NCBI GenBank assembly: GCA_043228905.1
Contig: JBHGNT010000001.1
Coordinates: forward strand, 3,782,001-3,846,000
DNA length: 64,000 nt
Reading direction: 5' to 3'
DNA from: Azolla caroliniana
Taxonomy: Eukaryota; Plantae; Polypodiophyta
Shown here: in pieces, positions 35,607 through 45,776 of the stretch
How positions within the stretch are numbered: position 1 is the first letter of the stretch
Layout of the letters: each line of letters opens with the position of its first letter
The notes under the pieces: generated by a model
What the model was told of the DNA's origin: nothing
Databases searched by the model: none
The model's input: only the letters and a program-made list of their open reading frames with translations
Made by a program: the position numbers and the translations under genes

Positions 35607-38600
35607 ATGACTAGACCAACGCACGACTTGGTTACAGACCGAGCTCGACGCATCGCCGAACGGCAAAGACGGCGTGAGACTTTCCAGCAAGCAGCGCAGG
35701 AAATTCGCTCGGATCGTTCGTTCTCCAACGAGATCCGGAGAGTCGCGGAGGAATCTCTCCGGTTACGGCAAACTCGCGACCAGGACGACGGAAGCAGTCT
35801 AAGTAGTCTCCGGGAAACCGAACGACTCCTGGAGGCGCTGGCAAGCGGAGAAAACGAGGCAGAAGCCTTTTCAGCCTACGAATCGGATTCCGAAGGGGGA
35901 TACAGCGTGCACACGAACTACCGGAGCAGCAACGATACCCCCGGCGGCCCGGAAGACGACGGGTCGGATACCGTGCCGACTCCAGAACCGGAACCGCTCA
36001 ACCAGGGCTATCCGGAATCGCAAACGGAAGCCGTCAACCCACCAACACCGGAAGTGGAAGAAGCAAAGCCACTAACACCAACGAAAGAGCCGGCAAAGGT
36101 ACCGGAAGAAGAGCCGGAAAAAGAACCGGAAAAAGGACCGGCAGAAGAACCGGAAGTGGAACCGGAGAAAGAACCGGAAAAATATCAACAAACGCCACTA
36201 AACCGCGGCTTAATACTGGACGACGACATGCCGTTCCAATACTCAAAGTACCGCGATGATCCGGATGCGGAAGCGCATGTGGATGACTTCGAGCAGACAT
36301 GGGAAGCAAATCACACGTCCCAGCGAATGACACCGGAGGAAGAAGAACGCTCGAAGATAGCGGAATTCGGAGTCACGTTGGAGGGACCAGCGACACGATG
36401 GCGGCGGTCGCAGGACCCGGCGACCATCACAACATTTGCAGAATTAAAAGCAAAATTCTTGCATTTTTTCCACAAGGAGGTCGACCAGACGACAATGGTG
36501 GGCTTGTTTTATACGATCCGGCAGGAGGCAGGGGAAAGCATACCCCAATTCGTCATCCGTTTCCAACGAATGCATAGCCAGCTTGCCCGTGCACCCCCGG
36601 AGGAGGAATTACGGACGATATTTTTAAACGCACTCCGGGAACCGTTACGCACGGTGTGTACGGTGATCGACTTTCGAGGATGCACCATCGATCAGGTCAT
36701 TGACCGGGTCAGAGAAATGGAAAAGACAAGCTCATGGCTTACGCTGGGAACACTGCAACGGGCGTTACCCACCGAGGAAGATCTCCGGTTCCGGCAGGCA
36801 ATTCAATGCACAATCTGCTTGAATGCCGGACACTCGGCAGTAGAGTGCACCATGCGCACTCAGTGTGTGATTTGTCAATCCAAGAGTCATACAACGGACC
36901 GGTGCGAGTATAACCTGTTAAACCGACAAGCACCACCCATCCGACGGATCGAGCCAAGAAACAGCCAAGACGAAGAGGAAGATCGTTGGCAAAAAATGAA
37001 CCGGTACCGACCGGCACAGGATGTCCGGTACGGAGACAGGCAAGAGAATGATGGCCGGTACGGGAATCGGCGTGATAACTACGACCGGTATGAGCGATCG
37101 GACCGTTATCGAGAGCCCAACAGGCGACACGAGCAATACGACAGAGACCATTCCCCTGGTTACCGAAGGCACCAGGAGGACTACGGCCGATTTTACGATC
37201 CACCACGACCGGACTACCGAAATAAACATAAGAATAATAAGAAACGTAATTTCAAGAAAGGTGGTCACCCTAGGGACCCGGAACATGGAACCCCAAGGAG
37301 CCAACCGGCACAGAACGCACCACTCGCTACGGGACCGACTCCGGCTACCAGCAATGCTGAATCCAGCAATACCCGTAAAGAGTACTGCTACTACTGCAGG
37401 CAGGAAGGCCACTACAGTAACCAGTGCCCGGTAAAGAGCTACGAGAAACGACCAGCAGTTAATATGGTGGTGGCGGATTTACAGCAAGTAACCACACGGT
37501 CGAAAGGCATGGCCAAAGAATGGGAAACACAAGAGGCCATACGAAAACAGGCGACGGAATGGGTGAAGGAAGCCAATGAAAGAAACGTCGCGGACGCGGA
37601 ACGGCAAAAGGCGAAGACCATAGGGAGTACCGACGGTAGCCACCCAGAAAACGAGACATGGCAAGCACTACAAGAATGTCAGATCACGTTACCACTAGGA
37701 AGACTCTTGCAGCTCGTGCCGCGATTCACAGAAGGACTAAAAACGGTCATGACAGACGGTATAGCTCCACCGGCACCAGTCCTTTTCTCGAATCCGGAGG
37801 AGGGACCGACGGTGGTGGACACTAGTAGTCCGGTGATCACAGCTATTGTCAAAGGGCACGAACTTCCCGGCACAGTAATCGATGGAGGTTCCGGAGTGAA
37901 CGTAATAAGCCTTCGCACGTGTGATGCCTTGGGTATACATGAATGGGAGCCATGTCCGTTCTGGCTACGGATGGCGGATACGAGCTCTGTACGGCCGACG
38001 GGCTTAATACGGAAATTGGAAGTCACCATAGGAGGCCACACATTTCACATCTCGGCTGTAGTGCTGCAGCTACAGGCGCAAGGCGCGTACCCACTGCTGC
38101 TGGGCAGACCATGGTTGAAAACAGCACACATCAAGCAAAATTGGCGAAAAAATATGATTACCTTCCGGCGCGGAAAAGCCAAGGTCCGGGTACCGACACA
38201 ACCACGGACGAGCAACGGTAAGGAATGCACACCGCTGTATGCGGAATGTGTGAACATGCTTGAAGGATTGGCGGACGACGAAGAAGCCCAGTACTTGGAG
38301 GAACATCCGAAGATCGTACCACTCTTCGAGATTGACGTAGCTGAAGCCGTAGCCGCATACTTGCCGCAGCGGGACGACACCGAAGCCGAACCAGACAAAG
38401 ATGCGATTCGGGAATTACGGCAAGCACAGGAAGCGTTGGAACGGGAAATGGCCGTTTCCCAACGGGTAAAAGCATCCCAGCTCGACGAAGTGAACCTAGG
38501 AAGCAAAGACGAATCAAAGCCGGTACACATCGCCAAAGAAATGAAGCCGGAAGATAAAGCGGCGATGATCAAACTTCTCACGGAGTTTCACGACGTATTC

Positions 38601-41462
38601 GCCTGGTCATACGAAGACATGCGAGGGCTGGACCCTCAATTATATCAGCATCAGATCCACTTAGGCAAGGACGCGAAACCAGTGGCGCAACGAAGATATC
38701 GAATGAACCCCAACTACGCCGCCAAAGTAAAAGAGGAAATCGACAAACTCCTAAGAGTGGGCTTTATCCGGCCGGTAAAGAAAGCGACGTGGCTGAGCCC
38801 CATCGTCGTCGTCCCAAAGAAGAACGGTAAAATCCGTGTGTGTGTAGATTACCGGAAACTAAATGCCGCCACAATTACGGATGCATTCCCTCTTCCGTTC
38901 ACGGACGGAGTACTGGATGCCATCGCCGGTCATGAAGTTTATAGCTTTTTAGACGGGTTCAGCGGGTACAATCAAATCCGGATGCACCCGGACGACCAGG
39001 AAAAGACAGCGTTCGTCACCGAATGGGGGGTGTTCGTGGCAGAAGTCATGATGTTCGGCCTAAAAACGGCACCAGCAACTTTCCAGCGAATTATCATGGA
39101 GATCTTCGGCGAATACATCCCTGCCTTCATGCAAGTTTTCCTGGATGATTTTGCAGTCTATAGCCGGGGAAAAGACCATTTGCAGCACCTACGGTTATGC
39201 CTTGAAAAGTGTAGGTTATACCGGCTAAGCTTAAACCCAGCAAAATGCATCTTTGGGGTTTCAAGTGGAATATTGCTGGGACACATCGTAAGTAAGGAGG
39301 GCATTGCGGTCGACCCGGACAAAGTAAACGCCATACTAGGGGCACCGGCGCCGAAAACGGCCAAAGCACTAAGCCGATTCCTAGGACAAATCCGGTGGCA
39401 CAGCCGGATGCTCCGTCACTTGGCGGACTTGGCGACACCATTACACACCGCGGTACATCGGACACCGTTCCAATGGACGGATACGGAGGATAAGGCATAC
39501 AATGCCCTGAAGGTTCTTTTATCGCAAGCACCCGTCGTGCAGCCTCCGGATTGGAGCAAGGAATTTCACGTGTTCGTGGACGCGTCCGACATCGCTATTG
39601 GCAGCGCCTTAATGCAGCTTACGGAGCCCAAATGGTACCGGCCGGTATATTACGCCAGCCGGAAGCTGTCCCAAGCGGAGAAGAACTATTCAACGACGGA
39701 ACGGGAGGCTCTGGGCATGATCTACAGTGTAACAAAGTTTCGTCACTACCTATTGGGAAGGAAGTTCTCCTTCCATGTGGATCACTCGGCGCTCCTCTAC
39801 TTAGTTTCCAAGGCGTCCCTGACCGGTAAGTTGGCCCGTTGGACCTTACTGTTGCAGGAGTTCGAATTCGAGATTTTTCACCGGCCCGGTATCCAGCATG
39901 CCGTAGCAGACTACCTGAGCCGGTTAGAGTCCGGAGAACCAGGCGACGGAGTAGCGGATGAATTTCCGGACGCGGTGTTATTCCGTATCACCCCGGAAAC
40001 GGCAGCGGACGACACGGTGGCATCAGAAGATAAATGGCTGACAAACATGCACCAGTTCCTAAGCACGGGCCTGCCACCGGAGGAAATGAACCGGGACGAG
40101 AGGAAACGACTGGCGGTGCAGAGCCGCAATTTCTGTCTGTTACGGGACACTCTCTACCACAAAGGAGCAGATGGAATATGGAGACGGGCAGTCCGTAGTG
40201 ACGAGAAAGAAGTAATCTTACGGGAAGCACACTGTGGGGTTGCCGGAGGACACTATGCCGGGGAAGCGACGGCAAGAAAGGTATGGCAGAGCGGCTTATG
40301 GTGGCCCACGACGCTAAAAGATGCCGTCAAGTATGCTAAGGAATGTGACCTATGCCAACGAATGGGCCAGCCTACGGAGCAAGCACGGATGCCACACCAA
40401 CCGGTACTTCCACTAGAGCCATTCCAGAAGTGGGGATTGGATTTTGTCGGACCGTTCAAGCCACCGGCAATGAGAACGGGTAATCGTTATGTCATCGTGG
40501 CAACGGATTATTGCACGAAATGGGTGGAAGCTAAGGCCCTGAGAGACAACACCGCGTCATCCACAGCAAAATTCCTGTACGAGAACATTTGGTGCCGATA
40601 TGGATGTCCGATTGAACTGATCAGCGACCAAGGAGGGCATTTCCTCGGCCAGGTAGTGGAAAGCTTAACAACGTTCTATGCCGTGGTTCATAAACGGAGC
40701 ACACCGTACTACCCACAGGCGAACGGGTTAGCGGAGTCCACCAACAAAACGCTGCAGAACATTCTACGCAAAATCGTCAACGAAAACCGGACGGACTGGG
40801 ACACAAAGCTCCATAGTGCGCTATGGGCGTACCGAACGGCATACAAAACAAGTATCCGGACAACGCCGTTCCGGCTAGCATTCGGCTTAGAAGCGGTCAT
40901 GCCGGTCGAGTTTCAGGTACCAAGCTTACGGATCCAACTACGGGAACGGCTGAATGAAAAGAAGTCGGAGGAAATACGGCTAGCAGCACTATGCGAACTG
41001 GAGGAGCAACGGCTGGCCAGCATCCTACACATGGAACTGGAGCAACGACGACGGAAAGCGTTCGTTGACCGGCACCGGAAAGGTAATGAGAAAATGTTCG
41101 AAATCGGAAAGCCGGTGCTAGTATTCCAAACGAGGATGGGCAAGATGCCGGGTAAACTCCGGTTCAGATGGACAGGCCCGTATTGGCTGACACGGGAATA
41201 CAACGGGTCCTATCAGATAGGGACACTTGCCGGGGAAGTAGTAGGCAAGTGGGTGAATGGATTTCGACTAAAGCCCTATAATGGACCGATGCCAAAGAAC
41301 CCGTTTATGCGGCTCACCGGCACTACACCAGGAACCTGCCCGGGATCGGTACGGATCGATCCGGAAGAAAAAGACGACGGGGAACCCGTAGTAGAGACGA
41401 AGGAAGACACGGCAACCCGTAAGGAAAACGGTCAGGGTCCGAAGGGACCTACGGATATGTAA
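35607..41462 (+). CDS. gag-pol: Gag-Pol polyprotein of element B (1951 aa)
   Basis: Retrotrans_gag (IRQEAGESI), three CCHC knuckles, protease VIDGGSGVN, RT (CVDYRKLN, FLDD), RNase H (VDAS, YSTTERE), integrase HHCC and DDE (WGLDF, ISDQG, NGLAES). Confidence 0.96.
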   Translation: MTRPTHDLVTDRARRIAERQRRRETFQQAAQEIRSDRSFSNEIRRVAEESLRLRQTRDQDDGSSLSSLRETERLLEALASGENEAEAFSAYESDSEGGYSVHTNYRSSNDTPGGPEDDGSDTVPTPEPEPLNQGYPESQTEAVNPPTPEVEEAKPLTPTKEPAKVPEEEPEKEPEKGPAEEPEVEPEKEPEKYQQTPLNRGLILDDDMPFQYSKYRDDPDAEAHVDDFEQTWEANHTSQRMTPEEEERSKIAEFGVTLEGPATRWRRSQDPATITTFAELKAKFLHFFHKEVDQTTMVGLFYTIRQEAGESIPQFVIRFQRMHSQLARAPPEEELRTIFLNALREPLRTVCTVIDFRGCTIDQVIDRVREMEKTSSWLTLGTLQRALPTEEDLRFRQAIQCTICLNAGHSAVECTMRTQCVICQSKSHTTDRCEYNLLNRQAPPIRRIEPRNSQDEEEDRWQKMNRYRPAQDVRYGDRQENDGRYGNRRDNYDRYERSDRYREPNRRHEQYDRDHSPGYRRHQEDYGRFYDPPRPDYRNKHKNNKKRNFKKGGHPRDPEHGTPRSQPAQNAPLATGPTPATSNAESSNTRKEYCYYCRQEGHYSNQCPVKSYEKRPAVNMVVADLQQVTTRSKGMAKEWETQEAIRKQATEWVKEANERNVADAERQKAKTIGSTDGSHPENETWQALQECQITLPLGRLLQLVPRFTEGLKTVMTDGIAPPAPVLFSNPEEGPTVVDTSSPVITAIVKGHELPGTVIDGGSGVNVISLRTCDALGIHEWEPCPFWLRMADTSSVRPTGLIRKLEVTIGGHTFHISAVVLQLQAQGAYPLLLGRPWLKTAHIKQNWRKNMITFRRGKAKVRVPTQPRTSNGKECTPLYAECVNMLEGLADDEEAQYLEEHPKIVPLFEIDVAEAVAAYLPQRDDTEAEPDKDAIRELRQAQEALEREMAVSQRVKASQLDEVNLGSKDESKPVHIAKEMKPEDKAAMIKLLTEFHDVFAWSYEDMRGLDPQLYQHQIHLGKDAKPVAQRRYRMNPNYAAKVKEEIDKLLRVGFIRPVKKATWLSPIVVVPKKNGKIRVCVDYRKLNAATITDAFPLPFTDGVLDAIAGHEVYSFLDGFSGYNQIRMHPDDQEKTAFVTEWGVFVAEVMMFGLKTAPATFQRIIMEIFGEYIPAFMQVFLDDFAVYSRGKDHLQHLRLCLEKCRLYRLSLNPAKCIFGVSSGILLGHIVSKEGIAVDPDKVNAILGAPAPKTAKALSRFLGQIRWHSRMLRHLADLATPLHTAVHRTPFQWTDTEDKAYNALKVLLSQAPVVQPPDWSKEFHVFVDASDIAIGSALMQLTEPKWYRPVYYASRKLSQAEKNYSTTEREALGMIYSVTKFRHYLLGRKFSFHVDHSALLYLVSKASLTGKLARWTLLLQEFEFEIFHRPGIQHAVADYLSRLESGEPGDGVADEFPDAVLFRITPETAADDTVASEDKWLTNMHQFLSTGLPPEEMNRDERKRLAVQSRNFCLLRDTLYHKGADGIWRRAVRSDEKEVILREAHCGVAGGHYAGEATARKVWQSGLWWPTTLKDAVKYAKECDLCQRMGQPTEQARMPHQPVLPLEPFQKWGLDFVGPFKPPAMRTGNRYVIVATDYCTKWVEAKALRDNTASSTAKFLYENIWCRYGCPIELISDQGGHFLGQVVESLTTFYAVVHKRSTPYYPQANGLAESTNKTLQNILRKIVNENRTDWDTKLHSALWAYRTAYKTSIRTTPFRLAFGLEAVMPVEFQVPSLRIQLRERLNEKKSEEIRLAALCELEEQRLASILHMELEQRRRKAFVDRHRKGNEKMFEIGKPVLVFQTRMGKMPGKLRFRWTGPYWLTREYNGSYQIGTLAGEVVGKWVNGFRLKPYNGPMPKNPFMRLTGTTPGTCPGSVRIDPEEKDDGEPVVETKEDTATRKENGQGPKGPTDM

Positions 41463-41476
41463 GGTCACACACCGTC

Positions 41477-41479
<3 letters not shown>

Positions 41480-41515
<36 letters not shown>
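41480..41515 (+). repeat. A36 homopolymer between pol and the extra ORF
   Basis: Directly visible. Confidence 0.95.
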
Positions 41516-41517
<2 letters not shown>

Positions 41518-41662
41518 GAGGTATGAACGGGTGTGAAAGCGAGGCGCGAAAAGGTACGTAGTGGGCATTTAAGAGACGCCACGCTACTTAATACTAAATT
41601 GGTACACGACGTGTGCATGCTCGAAAAAAGGCGCCAAAACGCACAAAGAAGAAACAGAACGC

Positions 41663-44512
41663 ATGGAGACCTTTTCATTTCGCGAGCCAAGAAGCACAGA
41701 AGCACCAAGACAGTGGAAGCTGAGCAAACGCGAACCTGCACGCAGAGAACCCCCGCGCTCAGAACGCTCTCTCTCTCGCTCTCACTCTCATCACCACTCT
41801 ACCTCGCCATCTTCTCTCGACCTTGAAGCAGACATGGAACCACAAACACTGTCGGAAGCGGCCAGGAAATGGTTCAGGCAAAACGGACTGGAGGGGTTCT
41901 TGGCCATCATGGAGGCACCGCCGCACAGAGAAGCCGACCGGGTCATCAAGGAGCTCGCCACAGAGGTCATCACCGAGGAAGCGATCCGCGCGCTAACAGG
42001 CCTTCCGGAGGGAGGAATCTTTCAGATCGATAACCCAACCTCGGAGCAACTCACCCGATATTTCGGTGAGTACTCTGTTGCCGGCAAAGGCTATCGGACG
42101 CAGGGCGGCGAAGATCCGCTATTCAGGGAGATAGCTCGAGTGCTCCATGAGTACGGTCACGTGTACCCCCGACCCCCTGTCATGCCAAAAAATCGGGCAG
42201 GGATGATCATAGCCACCTATGAAGGGGTCAAGGTGGACTGGCCGGTGTTGATTGCAGACGGGTTGTGCATGGCAATCGACATGGTACGAGGGAAGGACGG
42301 CAAGGAGGGCCGGAAGCTGTGGCACGCCGTAGCTCAATGGATAACATTGCTCGTGCTGCCGGTCGAGACCGTCCAGCCAAAGAAGCGGCCAAGAGTATCG
42401 GAAGGAAGCACCTCGAAGCCGGCGTCCAAACGACAGCAGCTGCTGGCGTCGAAGGCGACGAAAGGGAAGAAACGGGTCCCAGAACCGGAGGAGGTGTCAC
42501 CGGTCCGACCCGTCAAGATAACCTTACGGAGACCAGGACAGAAGGAACCGGAACCCTTGACGGCACAGAAACATGCCGTGACACAGGAAGAGGAAACGGA
42601 GGAGCCAGAAGAGCACCTCCAACGACGGTCGAGAAGTAGGACCGCCGAGACAGGAGGGGAGCGGTCGTACCCGCGAGAGGTAGAAACGCCCCCAACTCAA
42701 CCTGAGCAAACCACAAGGGAAGAACCGGAACCGGTGCGTAGGGAACCGGTCTTGTCGACTTCTATAGAAGAAGTCAGTCCAACGGCTCCGGAAACGGCGA
42801 GAACCGGAACTCAACAGCCGGCGAGCCCAGCCAGAGCACACGGCGGCCAAGGAGTAGAACCAGAACGGCATATGCAGGCAATCAGGCCAGACAATTCCAC
42901 GGTGAATGAGCCGACCCGACCAGTACAGCAACAGGGCACCAGTAGCATGTGGCTACGGTGGGTAGGCGAGCAAATCGCCGGAGTGGTCGAGTATATAGAG
43001 GCGGAAGAGAGAGCGCACCAGGAACGGTTGCTCGTCACAACCGTAGATCTAGAGACGGCCCGGTCCAGAATCCGGAGCCTTGAACAAGACTTGGACAGGG
43101 TCACAAGGGAAACACAAGTCCAAGCACCGGTGACTCCGGGCAATGTACAGAATAAAGTGTCAAATCACCCTGTACATAGCAATCAGACCCCGGCAACGGA
43201 AACCGTTCCGGAGAGAAATGCGGCACAAGCCCAAGAGCTTGCGGATTTAAAGGATGAGCTAGCTGCCCAAGAAGCGCTGAGGAGCCGCGAAAGAGAATTG
43301 AAGACGGCAGCGGAGGCAGAACTCAAAAAGACTGCTGAGAATCTACGCCGGGCCGAGGAGAGCTTACGGAAAGGCCACCAAGCATACGACCGGCTCAAGG
43401 AGGAGAAGGAGAAAATGCTGCAAGAGAAGGAGAGGCTCCGGAGGAACGCCGAAACAGAAGTAGAGAGCCTGAAAGAGGAACTCCGGCAGGTAAAGGACCG
43501 GGAGGACCGGAACCATCGCCAGATCAACGGCAAGCTCAAACAAAAAACGGAGGAATTTGAGCAATTGCACCGGGAGTATAAACGGTTGCAAACGGAGCAC
43601 AAGGAACGGACGGATGAGCTCCGGCAAGCAGTTGATCGGACCGCAACCGCATTCGCTAAGGAACAAGCGGAAAACAGAAGACGGTTGGAAGAGGCGGAGA
43701 AGGTTCGGACAGAGCTCCTCAGGCAACAGCAGGCGGAAAAAGAAAGAGCGGCAGAGGTACTGCAGAGGCTGCAAACGACATATCAAGGGCAGCTGACGCG
43801 CTACAGAGAGCAGGCGGAGGATACGGCAAACCTCATCAAGCAGTTGAAGGAGGAGCGACAAGTGGTGGAAAGCAGAGCTCAAATGGGAGCAAGTCGCATC
43901 CAAGATATAATGCGGGCCTGGTTGAACCAGACCAAGAGCTTGATTGACAACGGTTCCGTCAAATGGTGGACCAAGTGGGCCACGAACGCGGCGGAACTCC
44001 AATTGCTCCGGGCTGACGTAGAGAACCGGCGGAAGGAGGGAGATGATTGCTATATGCTGACTTCCGAAGACTTCACCGGCATAAGGGATGAGCTTGCCGA
44101 AGACTTTCAAGCCTTGGCAGAGGACCAACTAGAGCAAGTCCGGCAACTTGTAGCTCAGCTGGACGACGACAGGCTGGAGGCGCAGATCCAGTTTGAAAGC
44201 TACGAGAGGTCCCGGCTCCGGGGAGAGAAAGAACGAGAACCAGTTACGGTCAACCTCAGTGATGAGGAACCGTTACTGGAAGGAGACCGAACCGGAAGCA
44301 GTCAAACGGAGATGCCGGAGCCAGAGAGACAAACGGAGCAGCCGGAGTCAGCGAAGCAAACGGAGCAGCAGCAGCAAGCAGAGCAGCCGGCGCAACCTCA
44401 GTCCCAACCGCAACCACAGCAGCAGCAGCAAGCACAGCCGCAACAACCACAACCGGAAGAACAAGTGGAAATTCTTGAACAAAGTAATTTGGACAATTTG
44501 GGTGAACAATGA
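41663..44512 (+). CDS. Extra 3' ORF of element B (949 aa; likely start ATG 41834), coiled-coil protein of unknown function
   Basis: Uninterrupted 2.85-kb frame. Globular N-terminus (ITEEAIRALTGLPEGG...VDWP), basic NLS-like patch (KKRPR, KGKKR), long E/R/K/Q heptad-like region and Q/P-rich tail. Confidence 0.85.
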   Translation: METFSFREPRSTEAPRQWKLSKREPARREPPRSERSLSRSHSHHHSTSPSSLDLEADMEPQTLSEAARKWFRQNGLEGFLAIMEAPPHREADRVIKELATEVITEEAIRALTGLPEGGIFQIDNPTSEQLTRYFGEYSVAGKGYRTQGGEDPLFREIARVLHEYGHVYPRPPVMPKNRAGMIIATYEGVKVDWPVLIADGLCMAIDMVRGKDGKEGRKLWHAVAQWITLLVLPVETVQPKKRPRVSEGSTSKPASKRQQLLASKATKGKKRVPEPEEVSPVRPVKITLRRPGQKEPEPLTAQKHAVTQEEETEEPEEHLQRRSRSRTAETGGERSYPREVETPPTQPEQTTREEPEPVRREPVLSTSIEEVSPTAPETARTGTQQPASPARAHGGQGVEPERHMQAIRPDNSTVNEPTRPVQQQGTSSMWLRWVGEQIAGVVEYIEAEERAHQERLLVTTVDLETARSRIRSLEQDLDRVTRETQVQAPVTPGNVQNKVSNHPVHSNQTPATETVPERNAAQAQELADLKDELAAQEALRSRERELKTAAEAELKKTAENLRRAEESLRKGHQAYDRLKEEKEKMLQEKERLRRNAETEVESLKEELRQVKDREDRNHRQINGKLKQKTEEFEQLHREYKRLQTEHKERTDELRQAVDRTATAFAKEQAENRRRLEEAEKVRTELLRQQQAEKERAAEVLQRLQTTYQGQLTRYREQAEDTANLIKQLKEERQVVESRAQMGASRIQDIMRAWLNQTKSLIDNGSVKWWTKWATNAAELQLLRADVENRRKEGDDCYMLTSEDFTGIRDELAEDFQALAEDQLEQVRQLVAQLDDDRLEAQIQFESYERSRLRGEKEREPVTVNLSDEEPLLEGDRTGSSQTEMPEPERQTEQPESAKQTEQQQQAEQPAQPQSQPQPQQQQQAQPQQPQPEEQVEILEQSNLDNLGEQ

Positions 44513-44564
44513 AGGGGCCGAGAAGGGTTCGACGTACAAGGTACTGTCCCACGGGCGTGCCATG

Positions 44565-44984
44565 TGTTACCGGCCGGCAAGGAGTCCAAATTACGGGGTG
44601 AAGGAATTAATTAGATATGGTTGTAGATAAGCATAGTGTGGACGGACGGACTGGAAACGGTATGCCGTTCCAGATCCGGACGGATCCCGAATAGGTGCGA
44701 GAGGCACCGTTTTGTACTACGGGCCGGAAACCTATTTAAAGGCCCGGACCCTATTATAATGACAGCGGATAATTAGTAGAGCTTATGTTGTTTATACTTC
44801 TGTCTTGATTTCCGTTCTGTAATCACTGTTATATCTTACGCGTGTAATTAACCAAAGCAATCTAATAGTGTAACCTACGTAAGTCGGTGTAATCGTTGAA
44901 TCTTAATCCTATGCCGTAATCACCCTTTGGTGAAGTGTCTCCGTGACACCTTGTGTTAGGCCTTGTCCGGCTAAGAGAGTAACA
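44565..44984 (+). repeat. 3' LTR of element B
   Basis: Copy of 35136-35555. Confidence 0.97.
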
Positions 44985-44989
44985 CCCAG

Positions 44990-45720
44990 AAGGGCGGGTA
45001 CCGTCTGGGGACGGAGATAGAAAGGACCACGGACTTACGGAAGGTCCTGGAGGAACGGATCCTCGACAGCAAGGTGGAGCTGTCGTTACGAGAGGTGCTG
45101 GGAATCGCCAAGAAGGAGTTCCACGACTCCATCGTGGACTTGGTGAAACGGAAGAGGCTGTCGACGGAGACAGAACCGGAAAGACCGGTGGAAGTGCGGA
45201 CGACGCACCTAGACGACATGGCGCTGGGAGACGAGTGGGCGGAAAGCCACTATTCGAGGCCACACTGGGCCCGAGCGACCACGGAAACCCCGGTGAAGAT
45301 CGGCGATGTCCAGGAACCGGTGACAGCTTTGGTGGACCACGGATCGGAGATCAATTTGATGTCCATGGACTTCTATAAGAAGGGCAAATGGCCGATCAAC
45401 ACCAAGCACGGGTGGAAAATAAGGGCAGCAACGCGCGCCACCGAGGAACTGCACGGGGCCTGTCCGAATGTGCGAGTCAAGATTGGCGACGTCGAGATTG
45501 ACCAGCACTTCTTCGTGCAGGAGACGTCTTCGCATCCGGTCATTCTGGGAGAGCCGTACATCACGGCGGCGCGAATGGAGACCAAAGTGCTGGACAATGG
45601 TTCGGCCTACGCGAGAGTCAAAGCCAAGACGGGCGCCATTCGGTCCAGTTTCTGACGGTAAGGCCGAACCACGAACGTAACCGCGATTCCCTCGGTTCCG
45701 AAACCCGAGAGGATTTTTAG
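44990..45720 (+). CDS. Element A Gag C-terminus and aspartic protease (ALVDHGSEIN...VILGEP), with an apparent 1-nt deletion near 45620
   Basis: In frame with 33741-35135. Adding one base at GTCAAAGCC restores SQDGRHSVQFLTV...EDF* ending at TAG 45718-45720. Confidence 0.8.
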
Positions 45721-45776
45721 AGAGGACTGCCAAGGCGTGGGGCCGCGACAGTCCGGATGCTCCGGGAAAACCCCAC
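45711..45776 (+). promoter_or_regulatory. Candidate -1 ribosomal frameshift signal (G GAT TTT TAG plus pseudoknot)
   Basis: Slippery heptamer 45711-45717. Stem GGACTG/CAGTCC (45724-45729 with 45749-45754). Loop GTGGGG (45737-45742) pairs with CCCCAC (45771-45776). Confidence 0.7.

Larger units (their letters stand above)
35136..44984 (+). mobile_element. Ty3/gypsy LTR retrotransposon B (Athila/Tat-like non-chromovirus), 9849 bp, apparently intact, with extra 3' ORF
   Basis: 420-bp LTRs TGTTAC...GTAACA, TSD CCCAG (35131-35135 and 44985-44989), single gag-pol ORF plus a downstream ORF. No second RNase H recognised between RH and INT. Confidence 0.97.

Noticed and set aside
41480-41515. A36 as the tail of a separate LINE/SINE or retrocopy insertion
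   Set aside because: No TSD or element body: only 17 nt separate it from the pol stop.
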